Below are positions 1 through 8,464 of a stretch of 54,047 nucleotides of DNA, piece after piece. A model generated the notes under the pieces. The model had not been told where the DNA came from. It was given only the letters and a program-made list of their open reading frames with translations, and ran no database searches. The stretch lies in contig JAXDKT010000075.1 of the NCBI GenBank assembly GCA_034666965.1, positions 1-54,047 on the forward strand, read 5' to 3'. This DNA comes from Chloroflexota bacterium. Lineage in GTDB: Bacteria > Chloroflexota > Limnocylindria > Limnocylindrales > CSP1-4. How positions within the stretch are numbered: position 1 is the stretch's first letter; each line of letters begins with the position of its first letter. The position numbers were made by a program, and so were the translations under genes.

Positions 1-663
1 CCCGGCGGGGCCGAGCGGCTGACCCGGGGCGCGCACCTCGTTCCCGGTGGCCAGCACCGCGATCCGCGGCCGACGGTGCGCCTCGACGCGGTCGACGCCC
101 GATCCGGCGATCAGGCCGACCGCGGCCGGCGTCACGGCCGTGTCCGCCTCGAGGACCGTCGCGCCGGCGCGGACATCCTCGCCCCGCCGCCGGACCGCGT
201 TGCCTGGTTCGACCGCGAGGTGGATCGCGCACGCGGCCGGCAGGGGGCCCGTGGCGTCGCGTCCCCGCGGGCCGAGGGGCGCGCCCTCGGCGTCGAGCGG
301 CGTGGTCAGCTCGACCGGCACCACCGAATTGGCGCCGTCCGGCAGCGGCGCCCCCGTTGCGATCCGGATCGCCGTGCCGGGCTCGACGACGCGGTCCGCC
401 CGGCCACCGGCCGGTGCCTCACCCACGACCCGCAGCCGGATGGGGCGATCCTCGGCCGCCCCGGCGACGTCCTCTGCTCGGACTGCGTAGCCGTCCATCG
501 CGCTGTTGTCCCACGGGGGCAGGTCGGTGGTCGCCACGACCGGCGCGGCCAGGACCTGCCCGAGCGCCGCCTCGGGCCCCAGCGTCTCGGCCGGGAGCGA
601 ACCGCCGAGCGCCGCCAGGACCCGTTCGCGGGCGGTCTCGACCGACAGCAGCGCCTCGCTCAC
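1..663 (-). CDS. moeA: Molybdopterin molybdenumtransferase MoeA, N-terminal part (3' end runs off the window)
   Basis: Absent from the ORF track because there is no stop in the window. My reverse translation from GTG at 663 reads VSEALLSVETARERVLAALGGSLPAETLGPEAALGQVLAAPVVATTDLPPWDNSAMDGYAV..., which matches the MoeA N-terminus and its DNSAMDGYA motif. GTGA overlaps the stop of the upstream gene (660-663). Confidence 0.8.
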   Translation of the reverse strand, partial: MSEALLSVETARERVLAALGGSLPAETLGPEAALGQVLAAPVVATTDLPPWDNSAMDGYAVRAEDVAGAAEDRPIRLRVVGEAPAGGRADRVVEPGTAIRIATGAPLPDGANSVVPVELTTPLDAEGAPLGPRGRDATGPLPAACAIHLAVEPGNAVRRRGEDVRAGATVLEADTAVTPAAVGLIAGSGVDRVEAHRRPRIAVLATGNEVRAPGQPLGPAG

Positions 664-1319
664 GCTTCGTCCCGCGAGTGGAGTCCCCACCAGGCGACGA
701 TCGCCGAGACGACCAGGATGGCGACCCCCAGCGCCAGCGACGTCTCCTCCCAGAACCGGATCGGGAAGAGTTGAACGAGCCGGTCGGTGGCCGGGTTGAA
801 GGTGTAGGTCCCACCGGCAAAGAACAGCTCGTGGAAGAGCTCGAAGGCCGCCTCGAAGGCGAAGGCGGCGACGATGCCGCCGACCAGCACGGCGCCGGCC
901 AGGAGCAGGGCGCCGCCGCCGATCGCCCGCCGGTACCAGGCGGCGCCCCGCGACGCCAGTCCGGCGTTTACCAGGGTGAGCACGGCCAGGACGACCACGG
1001 ACCCGAAGCCGATGAAGACCGACCGGACGTCCCCGAGATGGGCCCGCTCGCGATCGTTGAAGACCGCAGATCCAGCGACGTTCTGGTCGAAGTCCGGGGG
1101 TCCGAAGATCAGGTCGTGGAGCACGCTGCCGGTGACCTGCTGGACCTGCTCGGGGCTCAGCCCGGTCAGCGCCGCCGCCCCGGCTCGATCCTGCTCGAAA
1201 CCGACCCAGATCGGGTTGAGGAACGGGACCACCGACAGTCCGACGATGACCACCACGGTCGCCGCGGCGACGAGGACGGACAGGAGCGCCCGGACCGGCG
1301 ACGCGTTCATCGGGCCCAT
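660..1319 (-). CDS. Integral membrane protein, DUF1461/TIGR01906 (Lit-like) family
   Basis: 219-aa ORF with 4-5 hydrophobic segments. The central FNDRERAHLGDVRSVF motif is typical of DUF1461. An alternative ATG lies at 1310. Confidence 0.6.
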   Translation of the reverse strand: MGPMNASPVRALLSVLVAAATVVVIVGLSVVPFLNPIWVGFEQDRAGAAALTGLSPEQVQQVTGSVLHDLIFGPPDFDQNVAGSAVFNDRERAHLGDVRSVFIGFGSVVVLAVLTLVNAGLASRGAAWYRRAIGGGALLLAGAVLVGGIVAAFAFEAAFELFHELFFAGGTYTFNPATDRLVQLFPIRFWEETSLALGVAILVVSAIVAWWGLHSRDEA

Positions 1320-1358
1320 CCTAGCGGCCCAGTCGCAGCGGAGCCGGCGTCCAGCCGG

Positions 1359-1748
1359 CTACTCGTCCTCGAGCGTGCGCGCCTGATCCCACCAGCCTTC
1401 GATGCGCAGGTCGTCGGGTGGCTCGACGCCCAGCTCCGCGGCCGCCTTCCGAACTCGCTCGCGGAACGTCTCGAGATCGAGGGCCAGGATGTCCTTGAGT
1501 CCCTCGATGCCGGCCTGGATCATGAGCTGGTGCTCCTCCGGCCCGAAGCTGGCCAGGTTGAGCATCAGCGCCTCGTCACGCCAGGTAGCGACGTCGTTGA
1601 TCGTCGCCCCGACGTGGTCGGCCAGGTACTGGCGGCGAGTGGGCGTCTCCGAGACCTCGAGCAGGATCCCGGTGGTGAAGATGCCCTGCTTCTCGAGGCG
1701 ATCGAGGTAGACGGGCTCGATTCGCGTCAGCTCGGTGATCGGCGGCAC
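1359..1748 (-). CDS. DUF4332-like helix-hairpin-helix domain protein
   Basis: 129-aa ORF with a GTG start and GGAGGAG upstream. The tandem HhH-like segments (LDRLEKQGIFTTGILL, MIQAGIEGLKDIL) fit the DUF4332 layout as I recall it. Confidence 0.55.
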   Translation of the reverse strand: MPPITELTRIEPVYLDRLEKQGIFTTGILLEVSETPTRRQYLADHVGATINDVATWRDEALMLNLASFGPEEHQLMIQAGIEGLKDILALDLETFRERVRKAAAELGVEPPDDLRIEGWWDQARTLEDE

Positions 1749-1787
1749 GGTCGAGGAGGCTCCTCCAGTTGATCCAGCACGGCGTTG

Positions 1788-2114
1788 TCAGCCGCCATTA
1801 TCGTGGTTCGGCCCACTCGCTGGCGGGTGCTCCACCCGAAGGCGTTGATTGCGAAGCTTGATCAGTTTCACGACCACTGCGGCCCCCAGTAGGCCGAACA
1901 CGATGACCTGCAGATCGTTCGGGATCCGCGGACCGGCAGCGATCCGTGCCAACCCGGATCCGATCGTCACGCCCGCCGCGATCACCACAATCGTCTTCCA
2001 ATTTCGGTGGAAAACGGTTCCAGCGTCCCGAAGCCGATCACCCGACCTGGCGCTCATCCCGGTCGCACCGATGGCGGCAAGGATGAATATGCTCGCCGCA
2101 GTCAGCAGGTCCAT
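1788..2114 (-). CDS. Small hypothetical membrane protein
   Basis: The track ORF is 1788..2144. I prefer the ATG at 2114 (MDLLTAASIFILAAIG...), which has GGAG 5 nt upstream. The product has three hydrophobic segments and no family I recognise. Confidence 0.45.
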   Translation of the reverse strand: MDLLTAASIFILAAIGATGMSARSGDRLRDAGTVFHRNWKTIVVIAAGVTIGSGLARIAAGPRIPNDLQVIVFGLLGAAVVVKLIKLRNQRLRVEHPPASGPNHDNGG

Positions 2115-2261
2115 GGCATCTCCCGCTCGCAGACTAACCCCCAACGGCTGGCGGCGCCGAGTGTCGCCACCAAGACCCTGTCGCCAGGAAGACCCTTGCC
2201 CGTCGATGGTGCCTGAGGCAGACTCCCAGTCAATGCGCTCGGATCACGACGGAGCCCGGCG

Positions 2262-4247
2262 ATGACGCTCGCCGAGCCCCGATTGCCACGGTTCACTGGC
2301 TGGCTTCGCCCGGTCGTCGACGCAACCGCCCGGATCCCGGCGAGCGTCCATCGGAAGCTCCTCTTCGGCTTTCTCGCCGGTGCCCTGCTGCTCGTTGCGA
2401 TGGCCGTTCTCAGCGTCGTCGTCATCGGACGGATGAACGAGCGGGTGAGCGACCTGGACCGTCTCCAGGAGAAAACCAGCCGAGCGCAGCAGATGCTCTA
2501 CGCCGTCACCGCTCAGAGTCACTACCGGGCGATGGCACTCCTGACCCAGGACGACAAGTTCAACACCCAGATCGCCGACGCGAAGACGACCTTTGCCCGT
2601 CTCCTGGATGAGATGGCACGCGCCGACCAGGCCGACACGGAGCTCCTCCAGCGCCTGAGGACGGCCAATGACACCTACACGGCGGCGAGCGCTCGGGTGC
2701 TGTCGCTCTACCTCGCGGGCGATCTGGCCGGCGCGACCAGCCTCCACCTCGAGGAAGAGCATCCCGTCTCGCATGTCCTCGAAGCCGACCTTCGAAGCCT
2801 CATCGGATCCGCCGACCAGGAGATCGCCCAGGCACAGGCCGCGTTCGAATCCGATCGCGCCTTGCTCACGTCGGCGGTGATCGGCTTCTCCGCCCTGAGT
2901 GTCGCTGTTGCCCTGGTCCTCGGGTTCATCCTGTCCTGGGGGTTCATCTTCCCGATCCGAAAGATGGAGCGTGCCCTCGCCGGGATCACGACCGGCGACT
3001 TCAGCCAGCGCGTGGAGGTGCCCAACCGCGATGAGTTCGGCAAGCTCGCCCGGGACCTCAATACCACGAGCGAGCGGCTGGCGGAGCTCTTCGAGGAGCA
3101 GCGTGACCTGACCCGCCAGCTCGAGGAGACGAATGCCTCGCTGACTCGCGCGAGCGAGGCGAAGTCGCGTTTCCTGGCCAGCGTGAGCCACGAGCTGCGC
3201 ACGCCGATGAACGCGATCCTTGGCTTCACCGACGCGCTCCTGGGCGGCGTGGACGGCCGGCTGAACCCCGAGCAGACAGCGTCGCTCGGTTGGGTGCAGC
3301 GCGGCGGACGGGACCTGCTCGGTCTGATCAACGAGATCCTGGACCTGTCCAAGATCGAGGCCGGCAGACTGACCATCGACCCGCAGCCGTTCGACCCGCG
3401 CGAGCTCGTCGAGGCAGTCGTCGCGCAATACCGGTCGCTGGCGGCGCAGAAGGGCATCCGCTTCACCTGGCACGATGCCGCCGGCCCGACCGAGGTCGTA
3501 CTCGATCGTCAGCGGGTCAGTCAGATCCTGGTCAATCTGTTCGGCAATGCCCTGAAGTTCACGAGCGCAGGCGAAGTTGACGTCGAGACAGGCGGCGCGG
3601 CGGAGTCGGTCTTCCGTGTCGCAGTCCGCGATACGGGCCCGGGCATCCCGGCCGATCAGCATGAGACGATCTTCGAGGAGTTCCAGCAGGGGTCGCGCGA
3701 GGAGGCCGGCACCGGGCTTGGGCTGGCCATCAGCCGGCGCCTTGCGCGGGTGATGGGCGGCGACATCACGCTCGAGAGCGAGCCCGGTCGAGGGAGCGTC
3801 TTCTATCTCACCTTGCCGCTCGACACCCGCGCCGAACCTGTCGGTCCGCAGAACGCCACGTCCGATCCCGACCGCGACGGGGCGGACCTGCTCCTCAGCG
3901 TGGACGACGATCCCTCCGTCGCGCCACTGCTCGAGAAGATGCTCGCCGGCAACGGCTATCGGATCGTGGCCACGACCGATGCCAGCACCGCCGTGAGCGA
4001 CGCGCAACGGCTCCGTCCTGCGGCTATCCTCCTCGACGTCCTCATGCCCGGCCGCGACGGCCGCGACATCCTCCGCGAGCTCAAGAGCGACCCCCAGACA
4101 AGAGACATCCCGGTGATCGTGCTATCCGTCGTCGACTCGGCCGATCTGCCCGATCTGGCGGACGGTTACCTGACCAAGCCCGTCCGCCAGGACCGGCTGT
4201 TGCGCCTCCTGAAGGAGCACGCCCGCGTGCCCCGCAAGGCGTCCTGA
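2262..4247 (+). CDS. Hybrid sensor histidine kinase (TM sensor, HAMP, HisKA, HATPase, C-terminal receiver)
   Basis: 661 aa. It has an N-terminal TM segment, a helical sensor region and a second TM. A HAMP domain (ITTGDFSQRVEVPNRDEFGKLARDLN) follows. The H-box is SHELRTPMNAILGF and the G-boxes are DTGPGI and GTGLGLAISRRL. The receiver domain reads LLLSVDDDP...DVLMPGRDG...LTKP. Confidence 0.9.
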   Translation: MTLAEPRLPRFTGWLRPVVDATARIPASVHRKLLFGFLAGALLLVAMAVLSVVVIGRMNERVSDLDRLQEKTSRAQQMLYAVTAQSHYRAMALLTQDDKFNTQIADAKTTFARLLDEMARADQADTELLQRLRTANDTYTAASARVLSLYLAGDLAGATSLHLEEEHPVSHVLEADLRSLIGSADQEIAQAQAAFESDRALLTSAVIGFSALSVAVALVLGFILSWGFIFPIRKMERALAGITTGDFSQRVEVPNRDEFGKLARDLNTTSERLAELFEEQRDLTRQLEETNASLTRASEAKSRFLASVSHELRTPMNAILGFTDALLGGVDGRLNPEQTASLGWVQRGGRDLLGLINEILDLSKIEAGRLTIDPQPFDPRELVEAVVAQYRSLAAQKGIRFTWHDAAGPTEVVLDRQRVSQILVNLFGNALKFTSAGEVDVETGGAAESVFRVAVRDTGPGIPADQHETIFEEFQQGSREEAGTGLGLAISRRLARVMGGDITLESEPGRGSVFYLTLPLDTRAEPVGPQNATSDPDRDGADLLLSVDDDPSVAPLLEKMLAGNGYRIVATTDASTAVSDAQRLRPAAILLDVLMPGRDGRDILRELKSDPQTRDIPVIVLSVVDSADLPDLADGYLTKPVRQDRLLRLLKEHARVPRKAS

Positions 4248-4609
4248 TGGCGACCATCCTCGTGGTCGAGGACACGCCTGCCAATCGAGCCCTCGCCGCC
4301 AAGCTCCTCGGCGCCGCCGGGCATGAGGTGCTCACGGCCGAGACCGCGGAGGCGGGCATACTCCTGGCCAGCGAGCGCTTGCCCGATCTCGTACTGATGG
4401 ACCTGGGGCTGCCCCAGATGGATGGTTGGCAGGCCTTGACCGCGATCCGCGCCGACGATCGTTCCGCCGGACTGCGGGTCATCGCGTTCACGGCTCACGC
4501 GATGGTCGGCGACCGCGAGCGCGCGCTGGCCTGGGGATTCGACGGCTACCTGAGCAAGCCGATCGAGTTCGGCACCTTCGCCGACACCGTCGCGAGCTAT
4601 CTGCCATGA
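4247..4609 (+). CDS. Single-domain response regulator (CheY-like receiver)
   Basis: 120 aa: ILVVEDTPANR...DLVLMDLGLPQMDG...LSKP. Its start overlaps the kinase stop by 1 nt (TGATG). Confidence 0.9.
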   Translation: MATILVVEDTPANRALAAKLLGAAGHEVLTAETAEAGILLASERLPDLVLMDLGLPQMDGWQALTAIRADDRSAGLRVIAFTAHAMVGDRERALAWGFDGYLSKPIEFGTFADTVASYLP

Positions 4610-5670
4610 GGCGCGAGCGACCCCTGATCCTCGCCGTCGACGACGAGCCCGCCAACCTGGCCCTGCTGCAGAAGCTCCTCACTCGGCAGGGCTACGACGT
4701 GGTCGAGGCCGTCGATGGGCCGTCGGCACTGGCCGCCGTCGCCGAGCACGCACCCGATGTCGTCTGCCTCGACGTGATGATGCCGGGGCTCGATGGCATC
4801 GAGGTCTGCCAGCGACTGCGTCGCCAGCCCGACCAGGCCGGCCTGCCCATCCTGCTCCTCACCGCGCTCGATCGGCCCGAGGACAAGGTCCGCGGCCTGG
4901 AGGCCGGCGCGAACGATTTCCTGTCGAAGCCGTTCGACCACATCGAGCTCGCGGCGCGGCTGCGCTCGCTGCTGCGGACCAAGGCCCTTCAGGATCGGCT
5001 CGCCGATCTGCTCGGACGGTACGTCAGCCATAGCGTGGCGGCGGAGGCGCTCCGTGACCCCTTCGCGGTATCCCTGGGCGGCGATCGCCGCTATGTCTCC
5101 ACGCTGTTCGCGGACGTGCGCGGGTACACGGCGCTGGCCGCCGAGCACCCGCCCGAGGCGACCCTCGAGCTCCTCAATGGCTATCTCACCGTGGTGAGCG
5201 ACGCCGTGGAGGGTCATGGCGGCACCGTCGCGGATCTGCTTGGCGACGGCGTCTTTGCCTTCTTTGGCGCGCCGGTGATGCATTCCGACGATGCCGAGCG
5301 TGCGGTCAGGGCAGCCCTCGCGGTGCAGACGGCCGTGATGCGCCTCGAGATCCTGTCGGTGCCCGGCGTGCGACTCCAGGCGGGCGTCGGGGTCGCCACC
5401 GGCGAGGTCATCGCCGGCAACGTGGGATCAGAACGGCGGATGCACTACGCGGTCGTCGGCGACTCCGTCAACGTCGCGGCTCGCCTTCAGGTGTCGGCCG
5501 GTCCCGGCCAGATCCTCATCGACCAGCCGACCCACGACGCCGTGCGCGACCTGGTGGTGACGCAGGACCTGGGCAGCCTGCGCCTCGATGGCAGGACGGC
5601 CTGGGTGCACGCCTACAACGTCATCGCCCTGACCCACCCCGCCATGGAAGGCGCACCGGCTCCGGGCTGA
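4606..5670 (+). CDS. Response regulator fused to a class III nucleotidyl (adenylate/guanylate) cyclase domain
   Basis: The track ORF 4426..5670 is trimmed to the ATG at 4606, which forms an ATGA overlap with the upstream stop. The REC domain reads LILAVDDEPANL...DVMMPGLDG...LSKP. The cyclase domain reads VSTLFADVRGYTALAA...GDGVFAFFGAP...GVATGEVIAGNVGS..YAVVGDSVNVAARL. Confidence 0.85.
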   Translation: MRRERPLILAVDDEPANLALLQKLLTRQGYDVVEAVDGPSALAAVAEHAPDVVCLDVMMPGLDGIEVCQRLRRQPDQAGLPILLLTALDRPEDKVRGLEAGANDFLSKPFDHIELAARLRSLLRTKALQDRLADLLGRYVSHSVAAEALRDPFAVSLGGDRRYVSTLFADVRGYTALAAEHPPEATLELLNGYLTVVSDAVEGHGGTVADLLGDGVFAFFGAPVMHSDDAERAVRAALAVQTAVMRLEILSVPGVRLQAGVGVATGEVIAGNVGSERRMHYAVVGDSVNVAARLQVSAGPGQILIDQPTHDAVRDLVVTQDLGSLRLDGRTAWVHAYNVIALTHPAMEGAPAPG

Positions 5671-5690
5671 GGCGCGCTCGGTCCCCTGCC

Positions 5691-7208
5691 CTACACGGGC
5701 TTGTCGCCGAAGATCGTGTAGTGCCAGGGTTTCTCGGGCTCGCCGGTCAGCTCGATCATGACGTGCTTGACGCGGGTGTACTCCTCGAACGAGTAGCTCG
5801 ACATGTCCTTGCCGTAGCCCGACTGCTTGAAGCCGCCGTGGGGCATCTCGGAGGTCACCATCAGGTGGTCGTTGACCTGGACATGGCCGAAATCCAGCCG
5901 ACGCGCCGCCTCCATCGCCCGGAACACGTCCCTGGTCCAGATCGAGGCGGCCAGGCCGTACTTCGTGTCATTGGCCAGCCTGAGGGCTTCCTCGTCGGTG
6001 TCGAACGGCAGGACGGCCAGGACCGGTCCGAAGACCTCCTTCTGGACGATCTCGCTGTCCTGGGCGCAATCGGCCACGATCGTGGGCTGATAGAACGCAC
6101 CATCCGGGAAGCCGGGCACGTCAGGCCGCCGGCCGCCGACGACAATGCGCGCTCCGGCCGCCTCGGCGCGCCGGACGAAGCCGTCCACGCGCTCGACCTG
6201 GGCCTGGTTGATGAGCGTGCCCAGGTCGGTCGCGGGATCGAACGGATCGCCGACCCGGACGCCCTCGAACAGCTCGGCCGTCCGGCGCAGGAACGCGTCG
6301 TAGACCGAGCGGTGGACGTAGGCCCGGGTGGCCGCGGTGCAATCCTGGCCGCCGTTGATCAGCGCCCCGGCGGTGGCGCCGCGGGCGGCGGCCTCGAGGT
6401 CCGCGTCGGCGTGGACGATGAACGGGGCCTTGCCGCCGAGCTCGAGATGGACCCGCTTGACGTTGCCGGCGGCCAGGGTCTGGATCCGCTTGCCGGTCTC
6501 CGAGTCGCCGGTCAGCGAGATCAGGTCGACATCCATGTGCGCCGCCATCGCCGCGCCAACGACGTCACCCCGTCCGGTGACGACGTTGAGGACGCCGGCC
6601 GGGATGCCCGCCTCGGCGGCCAGCTCGGCCAGGCGGATCGTGGTGATCGGCGTGGCGCTGGCCGGCTTGAGGACGACCGAGTTGCCCGCGGCCAGGGCCG
6701 GGCCGATCTTCCAGATCGCCATCCAGAACGGGTAGTTCCAGGGCGCCACCTGGGCGACCACGCCGATCGGCTCGCGCCGGACCATCGAGGTGTGACTGCC
6801 GCTGTACTCGTAGGCGGCCTTGCCCTCGAGGTGACGGACCTCGCCGGCGAAGAAGCGCAGGTTGTCCGAGGCGAAGGCGAGGTCCGACTCACGCCGGAGC
6901 TTGTAGGTCGTGCCGGTCTGGAGCGTCTCGATCCGGGCCAGCTCGTCGGCGTTGGCGTCGCACAGGTCGGCCAGGCGGTTCATCGCCGCGGCCCGCTCGG
7001 CCAGCAGCAGCCGGGACCAGCGGCCGTCCTCGAATGCCGCCCGCGCCGCGGTCACAGCCCGGTCCACGTCCGCCTCGGTTCCCGCCGGCACCCGCCCGAC
7101 GAGCTCACCGGTGGCGGGGCTGTGGACCTCCAGCCAGGCGCCGCTGGTCGAGGCGACCGAGGCTCCATCGATGAACATCCGATAGTCGGCGGCGACCTGC
7201 ACGGCCAT
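5691..7208 (-). CDS. NAD(P)-dependent aldehyde dehydrogenase, aminobutyraldehyde/betaine-aldehyde dehydrogenase-like
   Basis: The 653-aa track ORF is trimmed to the ATG at 7208 (MAVQVAADYRMFIDG...), which has GGAGGAG upstream, giving 505 aa. Motifs are VAPWNYPF, ELGGKAP and GQDCTAATR. Confidence 0.9.
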   Translation of the reverse strand: MAVQVAADYRMFIDGASVASTSGAWLEVHSPATGELVGRVPAGTEADVDRAVTAARAAFEDGRWSRLLLAERAAAMNRLADLCDANADELARIETLQTGTTYKLRRESDLAFASDNLRFFAGEVRHLEGKAAYEYSGSHTSMVRREPIGVVAQVAPWNYPFWMAIWKIGPALAAGNSVVLKPASATPITTIRLAELAAEAGIPAGVLNVVTGRGDVVGAAMAAHMDVDLISLTGDSETGKRIQTLAAGNVKRVHLELGGKAPFIVHADADLEAAARGATAGALINGGQDCTAATRAYVHRSVYDAFLRRTAELFEGVRVGDPFDPATDLGTLINQAQVERVDGFVRRAEAAGARIVVGGRRPDVPGFPDGAFYQPTIVADCAQDSEIVQKEVFGPVLAVLPFDTDEEALRLANDTKYGLAASIWTRDVFRAMEAARRLDFGHVQVNDHLMVTSEMPHGGFKQSGYGKDMSSYSFEEYTRVKHVMIELTGEPEKPWHYTIFGDKPV

Positions 7209-7240
7209 GACGGCTCTCCTCCGCGGTGGACCGGCCGAGT

Positions 7241-8464
7241 CTACCCGACGTCCGAGCCAGGTCGATCGGTCCCGGTCCGGGCTCGCTCGATGAGGGTTCG
7301 GGCGAAGCCCTGCAACGCAACGTCCTCGATGGGCGGATTGATCAGCCCGGCCCGGGCATCGCGGAAGGCCCGCTCGAGCGGTCCGGCCAGGAAGCCCGGC
7401 CCGCCAGCGACCCGGAGCGCCTCGTCCGTCGCCGTCACCGCCGCATTCGTCGCGGCGAGCTTGGCCAGCGCCACCTCGGCCAGGAGCGGGCCGCGATCGT
7501 CTACGGGCGTGACCTGCCATCGGCCGGCGACGTCGAGGAGCACCATCCGGGCGGTCCGGAGTGCGGCGTCGATCCGGCCCAGCCGGACCTGGACGGTCGG
7601 CAGGTCGGCGACCGCGCTCGAACCATCGCCCGGGCGGCGGGCGAGGGCCCACCGGACGACCCTTGCCCGGGCACCCTCCCCAACGCCCAGGTAGACGGCC
7701 GCGACGGCCAGCCCGAACCAGGCCGCGGGAGCCGGTCCACGAGGGTCCGGCTCGTCGGCGCGGCGTTCGATCACCACGTCCGACTCGGGCACGAAGACTC
7801 CCTCGAGACCGAGCCGACCCGAGGCCGAGCCACGCATGCCCAGGGCCTCGAACCCCGGCAGCCGGGTGACCCCCGCCGAGTTGAGGTCGACCACGAACAG
7901 GCCGATCCGGGGCGGCACGCCAGCCGATTCGCCCGCCATCGCCAGCTGCGCGGTCACGAGCGCGAACCGGAGCGCCGGCAGCCAGGTGGTCCAGGTCTTC
8001 TCGCCGGTCAGGCGATAGCCGCCCGGCTCGCGTGTGGCGGTCGTCTCCGGCAGCGCGCCCCGGGCGGGGCTTCCGCCGCCCTCCTCGGTGGCCGCCGCGT
8101 TGAGCAGAGCGCCCTCGTCACGGATGGCCCCGTAGAGCCGCTCCCGAAGACCGGCCGGCCAGCCGGGCGAATCGACCATCGCCCCAACGACGTGGACGTG
8201 CATCGCGAATCCGAGCGCCGTCGAACCGTCGACCTGGGCGAGGGCCGCGAGGACGTCCGCGGCCTCCCGCGGGCCGATCCCGAGGCCGCCGTGCTCGACC
8301 GGGACCGGGGCGCGGTGGAGGCCCGCCGCCACGATCGCCGCCGGCGCGGCGGGGTCGTAGTCCTCGCCCAGCTCGAGCGCGGACAAACGCGCCACCGCCC
8401 CGCCGAGCGCTGCCGCGAGCGCCTCCGAGCGATCGGGTAGCTGCCGGACGACGACCTCAGCCAT
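7241..8464 (-). CDS. Acyl-CoA dehydrogenase-fold flavoprotein, substrate unknown
   Basis: 407 aa with ACAD-family layout: an N-terminal helical domain, a middle beta domain (GGYRLTGEKTWTT) and a C-terminal helical domain (ALRVAGGPGF...RAFRDARAG). Its start overlaps the decarboxylase stop by 8 nt. Confidence 0.8.
   Translation of the reverse strand: MAEVVVRQLPDRSEALAAALGGAVARLSALELGEDYDPAAPAAIVAAGLHRAPVPVEHGGLGIGPREAADVLAALAQVDGSTALGFAMHVHVVGAMVDSPGWPAGLRERLYGAIRDEGALLNAAATEEGGGSPARGALPETTATREPGGYRLTGEKTWTTWLPALRFALVTAQLAMAGESAGVPPRIGLFVVDLNSAGVTRLPGFEALGMRGSASGRLGLEGVFVPESDVVIERRADEPDPRGPAPAAWFGLAVAAVYLGVGEGARARVVRWALARRPGDGSSAVADLPTVQVRLGRIDAALRTARMVLLDVAGRWQVTPVDDRGPLLAEVALAKLAATNAAVTATDEALRVAGGPGFLAGPLERAFRDARAGLINPPIEDVALQGFARTLIERARTGTDRPGSDVG

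Noticed and set aside
357-1772. 471-aa plus-strand ORF and other plus-strand ORFs (47..490, 76..774) at the window start
   Set aside because: They are antisense to moeA, the DUF1461 gene and the DUF4332 gene, all of which have recognisable motifs. Their composition is shadow-ORF-like.
5691-7652. Over-long track ORFs suggesting unusually large proteins (ALDH 653 aa, Cmk 596 aa, RecN 838 aa, XerD 423 aa, ScpA 376 aa, decarboxylase 599 aa, TypA 747 aa)
   Set aside because: The extra N-terminal parts are low-complexity Arg/Pro/Gly sequence running through the upstream gene. Family-length starts with an SD, a TANNNT box or a GTGA/ATGA overlap exist at 7208, 18924, 26007, 24253, 21297, 10034 and 50036.
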